This document shows positions 18,868 through 28,247 of a DNA stretch of 64,000 bases, piece after piece. Source of the DNA: a virus (lineage: Duplodnaviria > Caudoviricetes); IMG/VR virus record IMGVR_UViG_3300021387_000106, positions 1 to 64,000 of that record; one strand, 5' to 3'. A model generated the notes under the pieces. That model was not told where the DNA came from, did no database searches, and saw nothing but the letters and a program-made list of their open reading frames with translations. Position 1 is the stretch's first letter, and each line of letters opens with the position of its first letter. The translations under genes and the position numbers were made by a program.

Positions 18868-19606
18868 CACCATCGGGAAGGAATTGCATTGTGCCGCCAT
18901 TTTCCGATTCCTCCAAAGATTTCTCACAGAACCTAACAAGCATTTCATCAGAAAGGAAGTACTTTTCATCTACGTTCTCTTCAAGAACGTCTCTTAGGCA
19001 AAGTTCCAATGGAAACTCCTTTGGGAACTCGTAGTTTGGAATCGGTGTACCTTTCTCACGATAGATAGAGACACAGAATACTCGTTCTCTATGTTGTGGC
19101 ACACCGAAGTTAGATGAATCAAGTACCTTCCAGTAGTTCACATATCCAAGACCTTCAAGAACGTCGAGCCAGTCCGTGAAGTCTGCCATGAACTTTTTCT
19201 GAGTGAGCGATTTCACATTCTCCATAAGGAGATACTTAGGACGTTTCTCCTTGATTGCTCTTTCGCACTCCCAAAGGATAGAGGAACGAGTACCGCTATC
19301 TCGCTTGAATCCCTGCTGCAATCCTGCTGCACTTACATCAGTGCAAGGCCAAGAATAGGTGAAGAAGTCAAAGTCTGGCACTTTCTCCCATATTATTTGA
19401 GAAATATCACCATAATTGATGATGTTCTCGCCCTTGTGTAAGGCCATATAAGCGGTTATTGCTGTTGGTTCAATGTCAGAGTAGCCAACTACTTTGAAAT
19501 CGAACTCAGGGAAATACTCTTTGAGCCTCTTAAAGGCAAGTGACTGGCTACCATAGCCGCCAAAGGCCTCAAAGACTCTCAGAGGTTTGTTTACGTCAAA
19601 TTCCAT
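18833..19606 (-). CDS. C5-cytosine methyltransferase N-terminal catalytic part (motifs I-VIII)
   Basis: FEAFGGYG (I), GDI (III), YSWPCTDVS (IV), MENV (VI), GVPQHRERVF (VIII), LRDVLEENVDEKYFLS; stops before the TRD. Confidence 0.92.
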   Translation of the reverse strand: MEFDVNKPLRVFEAFGGYGSQSLAFKRLKEYFPEFDFKVVGYSDIEPTAITAYMALHKGENIINYGDISQIIWEKVPDFDFFTYSWPCTDVSAAGLQQGFKRDSGTRSSILWECERAIKEKRPKYLLMENVKSLTQKKFMADFTDWLDVLEGLGYVNYWKVLDSSNFGVPQHRERVFCVSIYREKGTPIPNYEFPKEFPLELCLRDVLEENVDEKYFLSDEMLVRFCEKSLEESENGGTMQFLPDGDEGLENFIFAQ

Positions 19607-19629
19607 TCGGTGATATTACTCAAATAATG

Positions 19630-20016
19630 TTACTTACACATATTCAGACACGCTGCCTTGAAATCGTTACCAAACTGATTATCCTTCCAAGGCTCTGCGT
19701 AAATATCAACACCCACTGAATGATTCAGGAGTGATTGAAAGAAAGGAGAATTACATTGATTGCGATAGTACCATTTCTGGCAATCCTCGCTATCAGTGTA
19801 GATGTTCACTGCCATACGCTTATTGTTCTCACAAAGCATCATGGCACATATAACGGCAATCACCTCACAATTGAAGTCATCGGCAATGGTGTTTATACCC
19901 TCAAAGGATATTCCGTTTTCCCATCTATGAGAGCCATAATGAATGATATTGCCGCTTTCTACAATGACAAATGCAGACGTTTGGTTGTGTCCGCAAGCGT
20001 ATATCTCGGTAATCAT
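19630..20016 (-). CDS. RNase H-like fold protein
   Basis: EVIAVICA..., VNIYTDS. Confidence 0.55.
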   Translation of the reverse strand: MITEIYACGHNQTSAFVIVESGNIIHYGSHRWENGISFEGINTIADDFNCEVIAVICAMMLCENNKRMAVNIYTDSEDCQKWYYRNQCNSPFFQSLLNHSVGVDIYAEPWKDNQFGNDFKAACLNMCK

Positions 20017-22115
20017 CAGAACGGCAAATCATTATTGGTGTTAGAATCAAAAGGAAGTCCATTGCTCTTAGATTCTTGCATGAGTTCCTGAACGGTAGGA
20101 GTTCCATCGTAATTGATAGGCAACTGCTGTGCCTCTTCCCAATTGTAGATGATATTCTCTGCAAGATCGTTCTTTAATCGGTTACTCTCCAGTTCAAACC
20201 AAAACTCAATGTAATGCCCGACAAGCGAACCCTTATTACGGAACTTACCAATCTCAATGACGTTAGTACACTTGCTATCAAGTATGTTCTGATAGGTGAA
20301 CTTGTTCATGATTGGCTTCGCATTGTTGATGAAGTCGGTATTGACCCTACTAAGAAGGAATACGTTATCAGCTTTGTTACTGATGTCACCACTACCACTG
20401 ATATTGTCGATTCTGATAAACCCGGAAGTCTTGTTTGGGTGAGCAACCAAGTGGATATGAATATCAAGTTCCTTCGCCAAGTCATTCAGACGTTGCAGCA
20501 AAGCACCCTGACGTTCAAACTTATCTGAATCCAGTTCACGGAAGTTCAGCACCATCAAGTTATCAAGCAGAACACAATCAATGTCCTCTTCATCCTTTAA
20601 CCGCCTTACCTGGTCGCTGATTTGAACAAAGTTATCTCCGTACTTGTTATTGAAAGTCCAAAGGAACTTGTCTATCCAAGTATCTATTCGACTTGCAATA
20701 GCATCAGGCACATAGTAGTAATCGGAATTGCCATACTTTCTGACGTGCTGTTTGCCTGCTGCTTGAAGGTATAGCCATTGCTTTTCCATATCCTCAGGCA
20801 ACTCTCCAGTATAGAGCGCACTCTTGTAACCTTTCTGAGCTGCATTGAGAATGAGCATATTCAACAACGTGGATTTTCCGCATCCTCTGAATCCCGACCA
20901 AACGGAAACTTGCTTGCGTCTGAATCCCAATCCTTTTTCGTCGATATAGGGTATTCCAGAAGGTATGTAGTCTTTGAGGTCTATCTTTGGTCGTTTGATT
21001 TCAGACATCTTCAACCATATCTTACCTTTCTGCTCCTGCTGAATGATAGGTGTTGTGACTACTGGCTGCTGAATGATAGTCTGTTTATACATCTGAGGTT
21101 GAGGTGTATAATCCCTATCGTAGGCATCCGGCTCGAATAGCAGACGAACATCACGCCACGTTTTGCCTGAACAGCTATTGTGAAAGCAAAGGAAACCTAT
21201 TGCTCCGCTATCCCTTTGGAAGATGACCGCATCTTTATGCTTATGTTGGTCGTTAAAGGGGCAATGGTCGAGAATGTATTTTGTACCACCTGCCACACGC
21301 TGAGTAGTGTAACCGATACCATGCTTATTCAGGAACTCCACCAAGTCGAACTTCTCAGAGGAATAATTATTGTACCTATTCGGCTTTTCTTCCTCAGGGT
21401 ACATCGCCGCAATCTTCTTGAAATAGGCAATATCCGTTGGCTTGATTTCAGAAGGAACATAAACGACTTGTGACTGTCGCCAAGGTCTATCGGGTGTATT
21501 CTCTCCCTTACAAGCGGTAGTACCAGGCAACTTACTGATTCGGGCAAGATTGAATACCTTTTCATCCACTTCTATATGTTCATCGGAAAAGAACAGCGAA
21601 AGGACTTGAAGGAATTTCTTAATCGTTTCGGTAGCTTCGGGCGACGCTGATATAAGGCAAGGAATGACGCAATGATAACCATTACCCGACATACAGATAA
21701 TAGGCTCATAGAATCCTTGCGACTTTAACCAGTTGAATATATCCACCGCCTTTTGATACGCATAGTTCAGTTCATCGTTACTTGAACTGACACCAGCAGG
21801 ACGTTTCGGATCAAGGTCAATCAAGATATGCGTTCTACCATCAATATCAACATCACTTGTTGTAGGCTCTCTGAATATCTGAATTATCTTGTTGCACTGG
21901 CTTCTACCATAGCAAGCCTCTTTGATATGATTCAACGTGAAGTATATCTGTGTGTGAGGGCTATTGCTATATGGCTCAATGCAAGCTAACAGTGTTTCAA
22001 CGTCCTTGAAGTAGCCACTCCAAGTTTTGTTGCCACTGAGGATGCGTATTTCCGTCAGGTCTGAACCATTCTTGAATACGTCCCACCACTTATATACTTG
22101 TGCTTTGTCTATCAC
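20016..22115 (-). CDS. Primase-helicase (primase-like N-terminus, Zn motif, SF4/DnaB-like helicase)
   Basis: IDLD and SGNGYH; CPF...CFHNSC; Walker A GFRGCGKS; LLDNL; LVAHP; ISGSGDI. Confidence 0.85.
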   Translation of the reverse strand: MIDKAQVYKWWDVFKNGSDLTEIRILSGNKTWSGYFKDVETLLACIEPYSNSPHTQIYFTLNHIKEACYGRSQCNKIIQIFREPTTSDVDIDGRTHILIDLDPKRPAGVSSSNDELNYAYQKAVDIFNWLKSQGFYEPIICMSGNGYHCVIPCLISASPEATETIKKFLQVLSLFFSDEHIEVDEKVFNLARISKLPGTTACKGENTPDRPWRQSQVVYVPSEIKPTDIAYFKKIAAMYPEEEKPNRYNNYSSEKFDLVEFLNKHGIGYTTQRVAGGTKYILDHCPFNDQHKHKDAVIFQRDSGAIGFLCFHNSCSGKTWRDVRLLFEPDAYDRDYTPQPQMYKQTIIQQPVVTTPIIQQEQKGKIWLKMSEIKRPKIDLKDYIPSGIPYIDEKGLGFRRKQVSVWSGFRGCGKSTLLNMLILNAAQKGYKSALYTGELPEDMEKQWLYLQAAGKQHVRKYGNSDYYYVPDAIASRIDTWIDKFLWTFNNKYGDNFVQISDQVRRLKDEEDIDCVLLDNLMVLNFRELDSDKFERQGALLQRLNDLAKELDIHIHLVAHPNKTSGFIRIDNISGSGDISNKADNVFLLSRVNTDFINNAKPIMNKFTYQNILDSKCTNVIEIGKFRNKGSLVGHYIEFWFELESNRLKNDLAENIIYNWEEAQQLPINYDGTPTVQELMQESKSNGLPFDSNTNNDLPF

Positions 22116-22549
22116 GATTGCCAGTCTATTGTTTGCTGTTGTGGTACTGCCATCACAACATTAGATTCTTCCTTGGGGTCATAAAAGACCTGATTACCTT
22201 TGAATATGACAGAAAGAAATACCTTGTCTTTCAGGTATCTCTCAAAGTCCTTTTGGTAGATTCTATCTCTCGTTTCCACATAAGCCTCTATGTGGGACCG
22301 AATAATAGCAGTCTCTTTGTCGGACAACTTCTGCCATTCCAACATTGCCTTTGCCTTACAACCTTTCTCTCGGTATGCAGTCCAACATTCATTGAACACG
22401 ATTTCCTGCTCACTGGTAAGAGTAACGCTTTTCTTTGTCGGATTACGTGTTGCCTTATGCCCTGCAATAAAGGCATCCTCTAATGACTGGTCGCCGCCAT
22501 GCTTATCACGATACTCACGGGCAGCTTTCAAAATGTAATCTGGAATCAT
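22112..22549 (-). CDS. Replication-initiator-like protein
   Basis: FNECWTAY..K..KAKAMLEWQKL...YQKDFERYL. Confidence 0.6.
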   Translation of the reverse strand: MIPDYILKAAREYRDKHGGDQSLEDAFIAGHKATRNPTKKSVTLTSEQEIVFNECWTAYREKGCKAKAMLEWQKLSDKETAIIRSHIEAYVETRDRIYQKDFERYLKDKVFLSVIFKGNQVFYDPKEESNVVMAVPQQQTIDWQS

Positions 22550-22550
22550 A

Positions 22551-22796
22551 TTATTGTATGCCTAATAAGAAATCTGATTTTTCTTCTTTTTGTTCTTTCT
22601 GCTGTACTCCCTGCCTCTGAACAAAGAAGGGGCAAGGCTCAAATGGAAACATTTCCTCAAAATCGTCAAGATGGTGGACGTGCTTTCGATAGAAATTTAC
22701 GTCATAGTAAGCGCAAGATTCCCTACGAGGGCAAGTAACCTCATTGAAGTCTTTAGGGCTTACCATCCATCCGTGACAAAATCCATATTTAGACAA
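22551..22796 (-). CDS. Cys-rich small protein
   Basis: FCHG...CPRRESC...CPFF. Confidence 0.6.
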   Translation of the reverse strand: MSKYGFCHGWMVSPKDFNEVTCPRRESCAYYDVNFYRKHVHHLDDFEEMFPFEPCPFFVQRQGVQQKEQKEEKSDFLLGIQ

Positions 22797-22980
22797 CTTT
22801 TTGAGACTTTAATCCTTTCAGTCCATTCTTACGATTAACACCTGAGAGATACACTGGATTCTTTTTCAAACCTAAAGCATTGGCACGTTGAGCAACGTTA
22901 TTCTTGGTTGTACCAAGTAATACGGCTATTTCTGCATTGCTTGTTGTAGGGTAGAGTTTTCTTAATAATACGTAGTTCAT
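22789..22980 (-). CDS. Small HTH-like protein
   Basis: LYPTTSNAEIAVLLG...A..LGLKK; start re-called at MNYVLL. Confidence 0.6.
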   Translation of the reverse strand: MNYVLLRKLYPTTSNAEIAVLLGTTKNNVAQRANALGLKKNPVYLSGVNRKNGLKGLKSQKVV

Positions 22981-23032
22981 CTTTTCTAAAAATAAGTAGA
23001 GCCGTACCAAACTAATGATACGGCTCCAGGCA

Positions 23033-23665
23033 TTATTGAGCAGGAGGGAATGGCAACTGTGGACCCTGAGGCTGTGCGCCCTGCTGTGGTGCAGGCTGCT
23101 GAACTTGCTGTTGAGCCTGAGGTGCTTGCTGCTGTGCAGGTGGGAATGGTGCAGGCTGCTGAACTTGTTGCTGTGGCATTGCCTGACCTTGCGCAGGTGG
23201 GAATGGTGCAAGCTGCTGTGGCATCGGCTGTTGCATGGGCTGTTGCTGCATCATTGGTTGCTGCTGCATAGGCTGCTGCATCATCGGCTGCTGTTGCGGA
23301 TAACCACCCTGCATTGGCTGTTGTTGATATACTGGTTGCTGATAACCCTGAGGCTGATAGCCTTGCTGCATTTGCTGACCCACACGATCAGCTTTCCATG
23401 CCTCAATAGAGTTAAAGAACTTACCTGAGTTTTCAGGGTACTCTCGGCAATCAATGTTGAGGTGCAATGTTACATTCTCACCAACTTGCAAACTCAACTC
23501 CTGAATCTTTTGGTCTCGAATATCGAAAACCATACGACGAGGGTACTGACCGTGTTCATGTTCGATGATGAACGACTGGCGCATCCACTGATTACCTCTT
23601 TGGCTAACTCCTGATTGAATAGGTAATGCTTGAACAATTGTTCCTGTAACTAAAATTTCACTCAT
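23033..23665 (-). CDS. DUF3127 OB-fold ssDNA-binding protein with Q/P-rich tail
   Basis: GVSQRGNQW..QSFIIE..QYPRRMVF...FFNSIEAWK. Confidence 0.85.
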   Translation of the reverse strand: MSEILVTGTIVQALPIQSGVSQRGNQWMRQSFIIEHEHGQYPRRMVFDIRDQKIQELSLQVGENVTLHLNIDCREYPENSGKFFNSIEAWKADRVGQQMQQGYQPQGYQQPVYQQQPMQGGYPQQQPMMQQPMQQQPMMQQQPMQQPMPQQLAPFPPAQGQAMPQQQVQQPAPFPPAQQQAPQAQQQVQQPAPQQGAQPQGPQLPFPPAQ

Positions 23666-23686
23666 AATTTAAACGTTTAAAATGTA

Positions 23687-24121
23687 TTAATACCATTTAA
23701 GTTCTTTCTCAAACTCGTCTTTGTTGATGTCTGGTATAAACTGCTGATAAAGTGTAGTCTTTACTCGCTCAAACAAATCGCTAAACTCTTGTTCAGTAAT
23801 AGCATCGAAAGCAATTGACTTAGGCATTTCAAGCCATTCGTTACGACTTCTTGAATATACCAATTCAAAATGCCCCGCCGCTACTTCCAAGGTCTTACGA
23901 AAACTCTCTTTGTTGTTATAAAAGAAAGCCTGCTGTTGTTCTGTAAGATACTCCCATGCAATATTAATCAGACTAAAGTATAGGCGAAGAAATTTAGGAT
24001 TCCTCACCTCTTTAATTGTAGCCTCATAAACCTTACCAACCTTCATCTTACGCTTTACCTCGTAATCATCATCGGTCTCAGGTACGAAGCCAGTTGGAGT
24101 GTTTACAAGTCGAATCTTCAT
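23687..24121 (-). CDS. DUF1367 family protein
   Basis: RNPKFLRLYFSL...AGH...PKSIAFD...EFSDLF. Confidence 0.8.
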   Translation of the reverse strand: MKIRLVNTPTGFVPETDDDYEVKRKMKVGKVYEATIKEVRNPKFLRLYFSLINIAWEYLTEQQQAFFYNNKESFRKTLEVAAGHFELVYSRSRNEWLEMPKSIAFDAITEQEFSDLFERVKTTLYQQFIPDINKDEFEKELKWY

Positions 24122-24124
24122 GGC

Positions 24125-25054
24125 TTATTCTCCCACAAGCGTTACACGCAAGCTACCAGCAGTCTGCGTAGGTTTGCAATATTTCTTGTAGAGTTCGGGA
24201 TTTTCTTCCTTGAAAGCCTTACTATCAAACTTCTCAGAAGTCGAAGGCAAAACTCTTGTGAGTTTCACACGGCTACCAGTGAATGACTTGATGTTATTCT
24301 CAGTCATCATATCAAGTAAACCTTTTCTAAGTTCGTCTTGACGTGCCTTTGCAATCTTTACGGCTGCTTCTAATCGTGCCACCTCTGCCTCTACCTCAGC
24401 AAACTTAGCAGGGAATGTTCCGTAACTCTGAATGATAGGAGCGAAATCCTTATCTTCTAAGTCGCAACGAATAAGTTCATCAAGAAGTTCATCACCCCAA
24501 GGCTGTAACTCTACGAATTTAGATTTATCCTCTCTGAGCCACATCACATAGATTGCAGCGACCTTCAAATGTGGATTCAGATTCTCAAACCAACGCTTAC
24601 AAATACTTTGCTGCAAAGTTACATTCTCAATGTGAAGGTCATAAGTACGCTTGAAATCAACAAGGATAATACCGCCATCTGGTCGCATCATAACCTTATC
24701 AATAGCCGTAGCATAATTCTGTTCATCACTGATAAGATACTCAGTAGCCAGTACTGTTAAGTTGTTTTCCTGCTTGATGCGGATATAACTCTGCAACTCA
24801 GGAAGATTACCAACTACGCCAAGTTCATCATAGAGTTCAATAGTCTCATGCACATTGCTACCTTTTGCGGCTGCATTAGCAAGAATTTGATTCCATTGTT
24901 CATCAGTATAGTTGTCAGGTCTCTTATAGGTGTTCGGATATGCTCTTTTAATAAGAGTAGAGGTAACACCTTTCAACTCCTTGTCACCTAAAAAATATTG
25001 GTGTGTGTCACTCTTGAAAGTGACTGGAGATTGGTTTAATACTGGTAGTTCCAT
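24125..25054 (-). CDS. PD-(D/E)XK exonuclease (recombination module)
   Basis: H.Y....L.GVT, G..VH, AID, LVDFK; C-terminal FDSKAFKEENPELY. Confidence 0.75.
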   Translation of the reverse strand: MELPVLNQSPVTFKSDTHQYFLGDKELKGVTSTLIKRAYPNTYKRPDNYTDEQWNQILANAAAKGSNVHETIELYDELGVVGNLPELQSYIRIKQENNLTVLATEYLISDEQNYATAIDKVMMRPDGGIILVDFKRTYDLHIENVTLQQSICKRWFENLNPHLKVAAIYVMWLREDKSKFVELQPWGDELLDELIRCDLEDKDFAPIIQSYGTFPAKFAEVEAEVARLEAAVKIAKARQDELRKGLLDMMTENNIKSFTGSRVKLTRVLPSTSEKFDSKAFKEENPELYKKYCKPTQTAGSLRVTLVGE

Positions 25055-25057
25055 AAA

Positions 25058-25834
25058 TTATGATTTACCATTGTTCTTAATTTGATCTTTCCTTGCAGTC
25101 AACGCACCAGTAAAGTTTGCGTCCTGCTGCCATTGTGGGTACTTATTATAGATATTCCCCACCTCTTCGAGAGTCTGAGCTGCCTGAATCTCTGCCATTA
25201 CTTGCTCGGCAGTAACTTGCGGCTGCTGCATTGGCTGTTGCTGATAGACTGGCTGCTGATAGCCTTGTAATACTTGCATAGCTTGTTGTTGTGATTGTGC
25301 TGCCTGCTGCTGTGCAACATAAGCCTGTTGGTCGTACTTAGAATCAAACTGACCTTTCTCCCAATAGACATCGGCTGCAACACCAAGTGCTTTCATGGCA
25401 ACACCCATTGCATCAGTAAGAGCCATCTTGTCGGCTTCATCACTGACATAATAGCCGTTCTTCTCGTAAGTCATTACAGAACTACCACCAAGACCAGGAA
25501 TAGGATCACTCCATTCACCATCTACCTTGATATATAGGTTGATGTTGCAGAAAGCCTTAATTTCAGTACGCTGTACATTTTTGGCGGTAGTAACACCATT
25601 TATGACCTCGAACTCTTTTGCCTCAAACGTGAAAGTCTCATGCCATTGCTTTACGATTTCGTACTTCCATCCAAAACCGCAAACACCAAAAGCCTCAGTA
25701 ATTGCCTTGATTCTGAACATCGGATTAATATCCGACATTCCCGACAAACGACCACCTTTGATTTGTTTCAGAGCCTCAGAAGGAACTTTCCTCAGTTGCT
25801 CATAGAATCTCAAATTATTATTCTCTTTTGCCAT
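25058..25834 (-). CDS. Rad52/Sak-like single-strand annealing protein
   Basis: DINPMFRIK...FGVCGFGW...DEADKMALTDA...LGVAADVY. Confidence 0.8.
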   Translation of the reverse strand: MAKENNNLRFYEQLRKVPSEALKQIKGGRLSGMSDINPMFRIKAITEAFGVCGFGWKYEIVKQWHETFTFEAKEFEVINGVTTAKNVQRTEIKAFCNINLYIKVDGEWSDPIPGLGGSSVMTYEKNGYYVSDEADKMALTDAMGVAMKALGVAADVYWEKGQFDSKYDQQAYVAQQQAAQSQQQAMQVLQGYQQPVYQQQPMQQPQVTAEQVMAEIQAAQTLEEVGNIYNKYPQWQQDANFTGALTARKDQIKNNGKS

Positions 25835-25851
25835 AATACCTTATTTATATA

Positions 25852-26328
25852 TTACTTAGCACCAGTAGAACCATAACCATTCGTAGCCCTGTCTGTCTTT
25901 GAGAGTTTTTCAACTTCCTCAAACTCAGTCTCAGGAACAACGACTATCTGCATTTGGGCGATACGAGTACCCTTTGGCAGGACGTAGTACTGAGCGTTTG
26001 GCTCACGAACATTGATTATTACACCAACATGACCGCGATAGCAGGAATCTACCAAGCCACGTACAACATCGGCATCAATACGATACTTATTACCACTTCC
26101 TCGACGGTCTAACACTTCCATTCCCTTAGAAGCGAATCCACTGCGAGGCTGAATAGTTGCAGCAAGGTTACGAGGCAACTCAATAGCGAAGCCAAGGTCA
26201 ATGATAGAACGTCCGTTTGTCAAAACGATGTCCTCAGGAGTGTAAAGGTCGTATGCTGCATCACCATCATGCGCACGAACAGGAATCTTTGCACCCTCTT
26301 TTTCAAGTACAATCTTAATCTTTTCCAT
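25852..26328 (-). CDS. dut: dUTPase
   Basis: AAYDL, PRSG, GLVDSCYRG, RIAQ, R...GYGSTG motifs. Confidence 0.93.
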   Translation of the reverse strand: MEKIKIVLEKEGAKIPVRAHDGDAAYDLYTPEDIVLTNGRSIIDLGFAIELPRNLAATIQPRSGFASKGMEVLDRRGSGNKYRIDADVVRGLVDSCYRGHVGVIINVREPNAQYYVLPKGTRIAQMQIVVVPETEFEEVEKLSKTDRATNGYGSTGAK

Positions 26329-26335
26329 ACCTATA

Positions 26336-26881
26336 TTATAAATTCTTTCGTCTTGCGTATTCAGCTATAAGGAGAGAATCACATTTGTTGTCATCGAGCT
26401 TACGGCAACGTTCATTCTTCCTCAAATCAACATTTGGGAATAATCGACGTGCTGCATTGAATGATGTAGGCTTTGGGTCAACTGCCTTATATTCTTTTTT
26501 ATATTTCACTCCAGTTTCCTTATCAGTCTGAGTCCTATATTTTGTCGTAGTAATCTCGTCTTGATGAACCCAAATCTCTTTTTGCCAGTCTTTGGGTGCT
26601 ACGAGGTGATAAGGAATCTCATTTGCAATCAACAAACCTTTGAGAGTACCAAAGATTTCACCAAAGGAAAAAGTAGAGCCTGCACTGGCTCCAAAGATAG
26701 CATGGATCTGTTCCATGCAAGCCACCACCTCCCAAGAACGTTTCTTTATATCCTTGAAGATACGTCCTAAATCGAGGTCATCATGTTCATCAATTGAATA
26801 AAATTCTTTGTGACCGTCAGGGAATAGGGCAGTAATAAAACCGATTTGCCCTGGGTCAATTCCTACATACGTTTTTTGCAT
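26336..26881 (-). CDS. RuvC-like Holliday junction resolvase
   Basis: VGIDPG, ME, FSFG, PKDWQK, D..CDSLLIA. Confidence 0.85.
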   Translation of the reverse strand: MQKTYVGIDPGQIGFITALFPDGHKEFYSIDEHDDLDLGRIFKDIKKRSWEVVACMEQIHAIFGASAGSTFSFGEIFGTLKGLLIANEIPYHLVAPKDWQKEIWVHQDEITTTKYRTQTDKETGVKYKKEYKAVDPKPTSFNAARRLFPNVDLRKNERCRKLDDNKCDSLLIAEYARRKNL

Positions 26882-27827
26882 AACTATATATTATTTCTTT
26901 TGTTGACACCAATTCATCGTACAAATCACGTAGCCTGCTTCTATTGCTTCTTTGGCAGTAGCATTAGGATGCTTGTTAAGCCAGTCATTCAGTTGGTCTT
27001 TATATCCCATATATTTAGTATTGTTGTTCTCTGAATAAAAAACCTCGCTACCTATCTCAGGCAACGAGGTACAAACTACTTAAAAACTAATCTACTAAAA
27101 CAAATCAAATTATATCGCATGAATTACAACAAAGTCTCTAACCAAAGCCCCAAGCCGTATTGCCTGGGGCCATCTTAACAGCAATGATTTATTCAGCCTA
27201 CAAAGATTTTCAGAAAGTAGCGGAACACCAAACTAATGATATTCCGCTTTAGGTGTTGGCGGCTCTGTTCCTCATTGTGCCGATACCCAATACCCCTGCG
27301 ACAAAATGGAAGCGACCCGGAGAAAGATGCAGACAAGCTACTCGACCTTGCCGAACACGGGCACTTGGGGAAAACAAGGTCTTATAGAAAGATCAGAAAT
27401 CCGGGAAGGGATTTGCCGTGAGTACCTGATAGCGGACACATACAGGCCACCAACGAGCGAACTGTTATGGAACACAGATTCTATATTTAGTATGATTGAT
27501 TTTTATTAAAACCACCTGACTTTCACAAGCAAGGTGGAATCCGTATAACATTACGTCATAATCTATGAATTACTTACAAAGTTGATTTGACCTTCTCAGG
27601 CTTTAAGGAATATATGATGTTTGATAAAGATTGTGGGCGAACTGGCTGCTATTCCAAAACGCCCTATCTTGAATATGGCATACAAGAAAAGACTTATCAA
27701 AAGCCATCCGACTTTCACAAGCCAAATGGTTGCATTAATTTTTTCAATTATTGTAATTTACCAATTCATCAATCTTGTTCTCACGAACATTTATATTGAC
27801 ACCTAATGAATATAGATTAGACACAAG

Positions 27828-27912
27828 CGGAGAGTGAGAGATTCGAACTCCCGATACGTTGCCGTATGCCTCGTTAGCAGTGAGGTGCTTTCGTCCACTC
27901 AGCCAACTCTCC
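27828..27912 (-). tRNA. tRNA-Ser(GCT)
   Basis: GGAGAG acceptor stem, anticodon loop CTGCTAA, long variable arm, GTTCGAATC T-loop; CCA not encoded. Confidence 0.92.
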
Positions 27913-28247
27913 AGTTGAACCCGCACCTTAACTTAATAGGGTGCAGGCTTTATAGTTACAACTATTAAATAGTCAATGTTCATTCAACCATATTAGCCTT
28001 TCATTACGTTTTTATGCTTCGAGCCTCTGTACTCTCCACTTTAGATGTGCAACTTTTAATCAACCACACCAACCCATTTTGGCTATTCACTTCATAGGAT
28101 TTCCGTCAGTTTTCGCCAGACGCATGGGCTGCATCATTGGAACGTAGGCAAGTCCTTCTTCCTCTTATAGTTCCTTGGTAGGGTACACGTACCCCGATGT
28201 CGTGCATGGCTACCCATGCTGCTGCAAACGCTATTTGCAGGATATTG

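Noticed and set aside
22981-23428. Leu/His/Ala-rich ORFs (23015+, 23050+, and the 5' extension of 22789-)
   Set aside because: Shadow frames of the CAG-rich Q/P tail of the DUF3127 gene.
24125-25054. Cas4 / CRISPR adaptation gene
   Set aside because: No Fe-S cysteine cluster and no array; its position between the SSAP and SSB genes fits a phage recombination exonuclease.
27744-27926. 60-aa ORF
   Set aside because: Overlaps the tRNA-Ser gene on the same strand.
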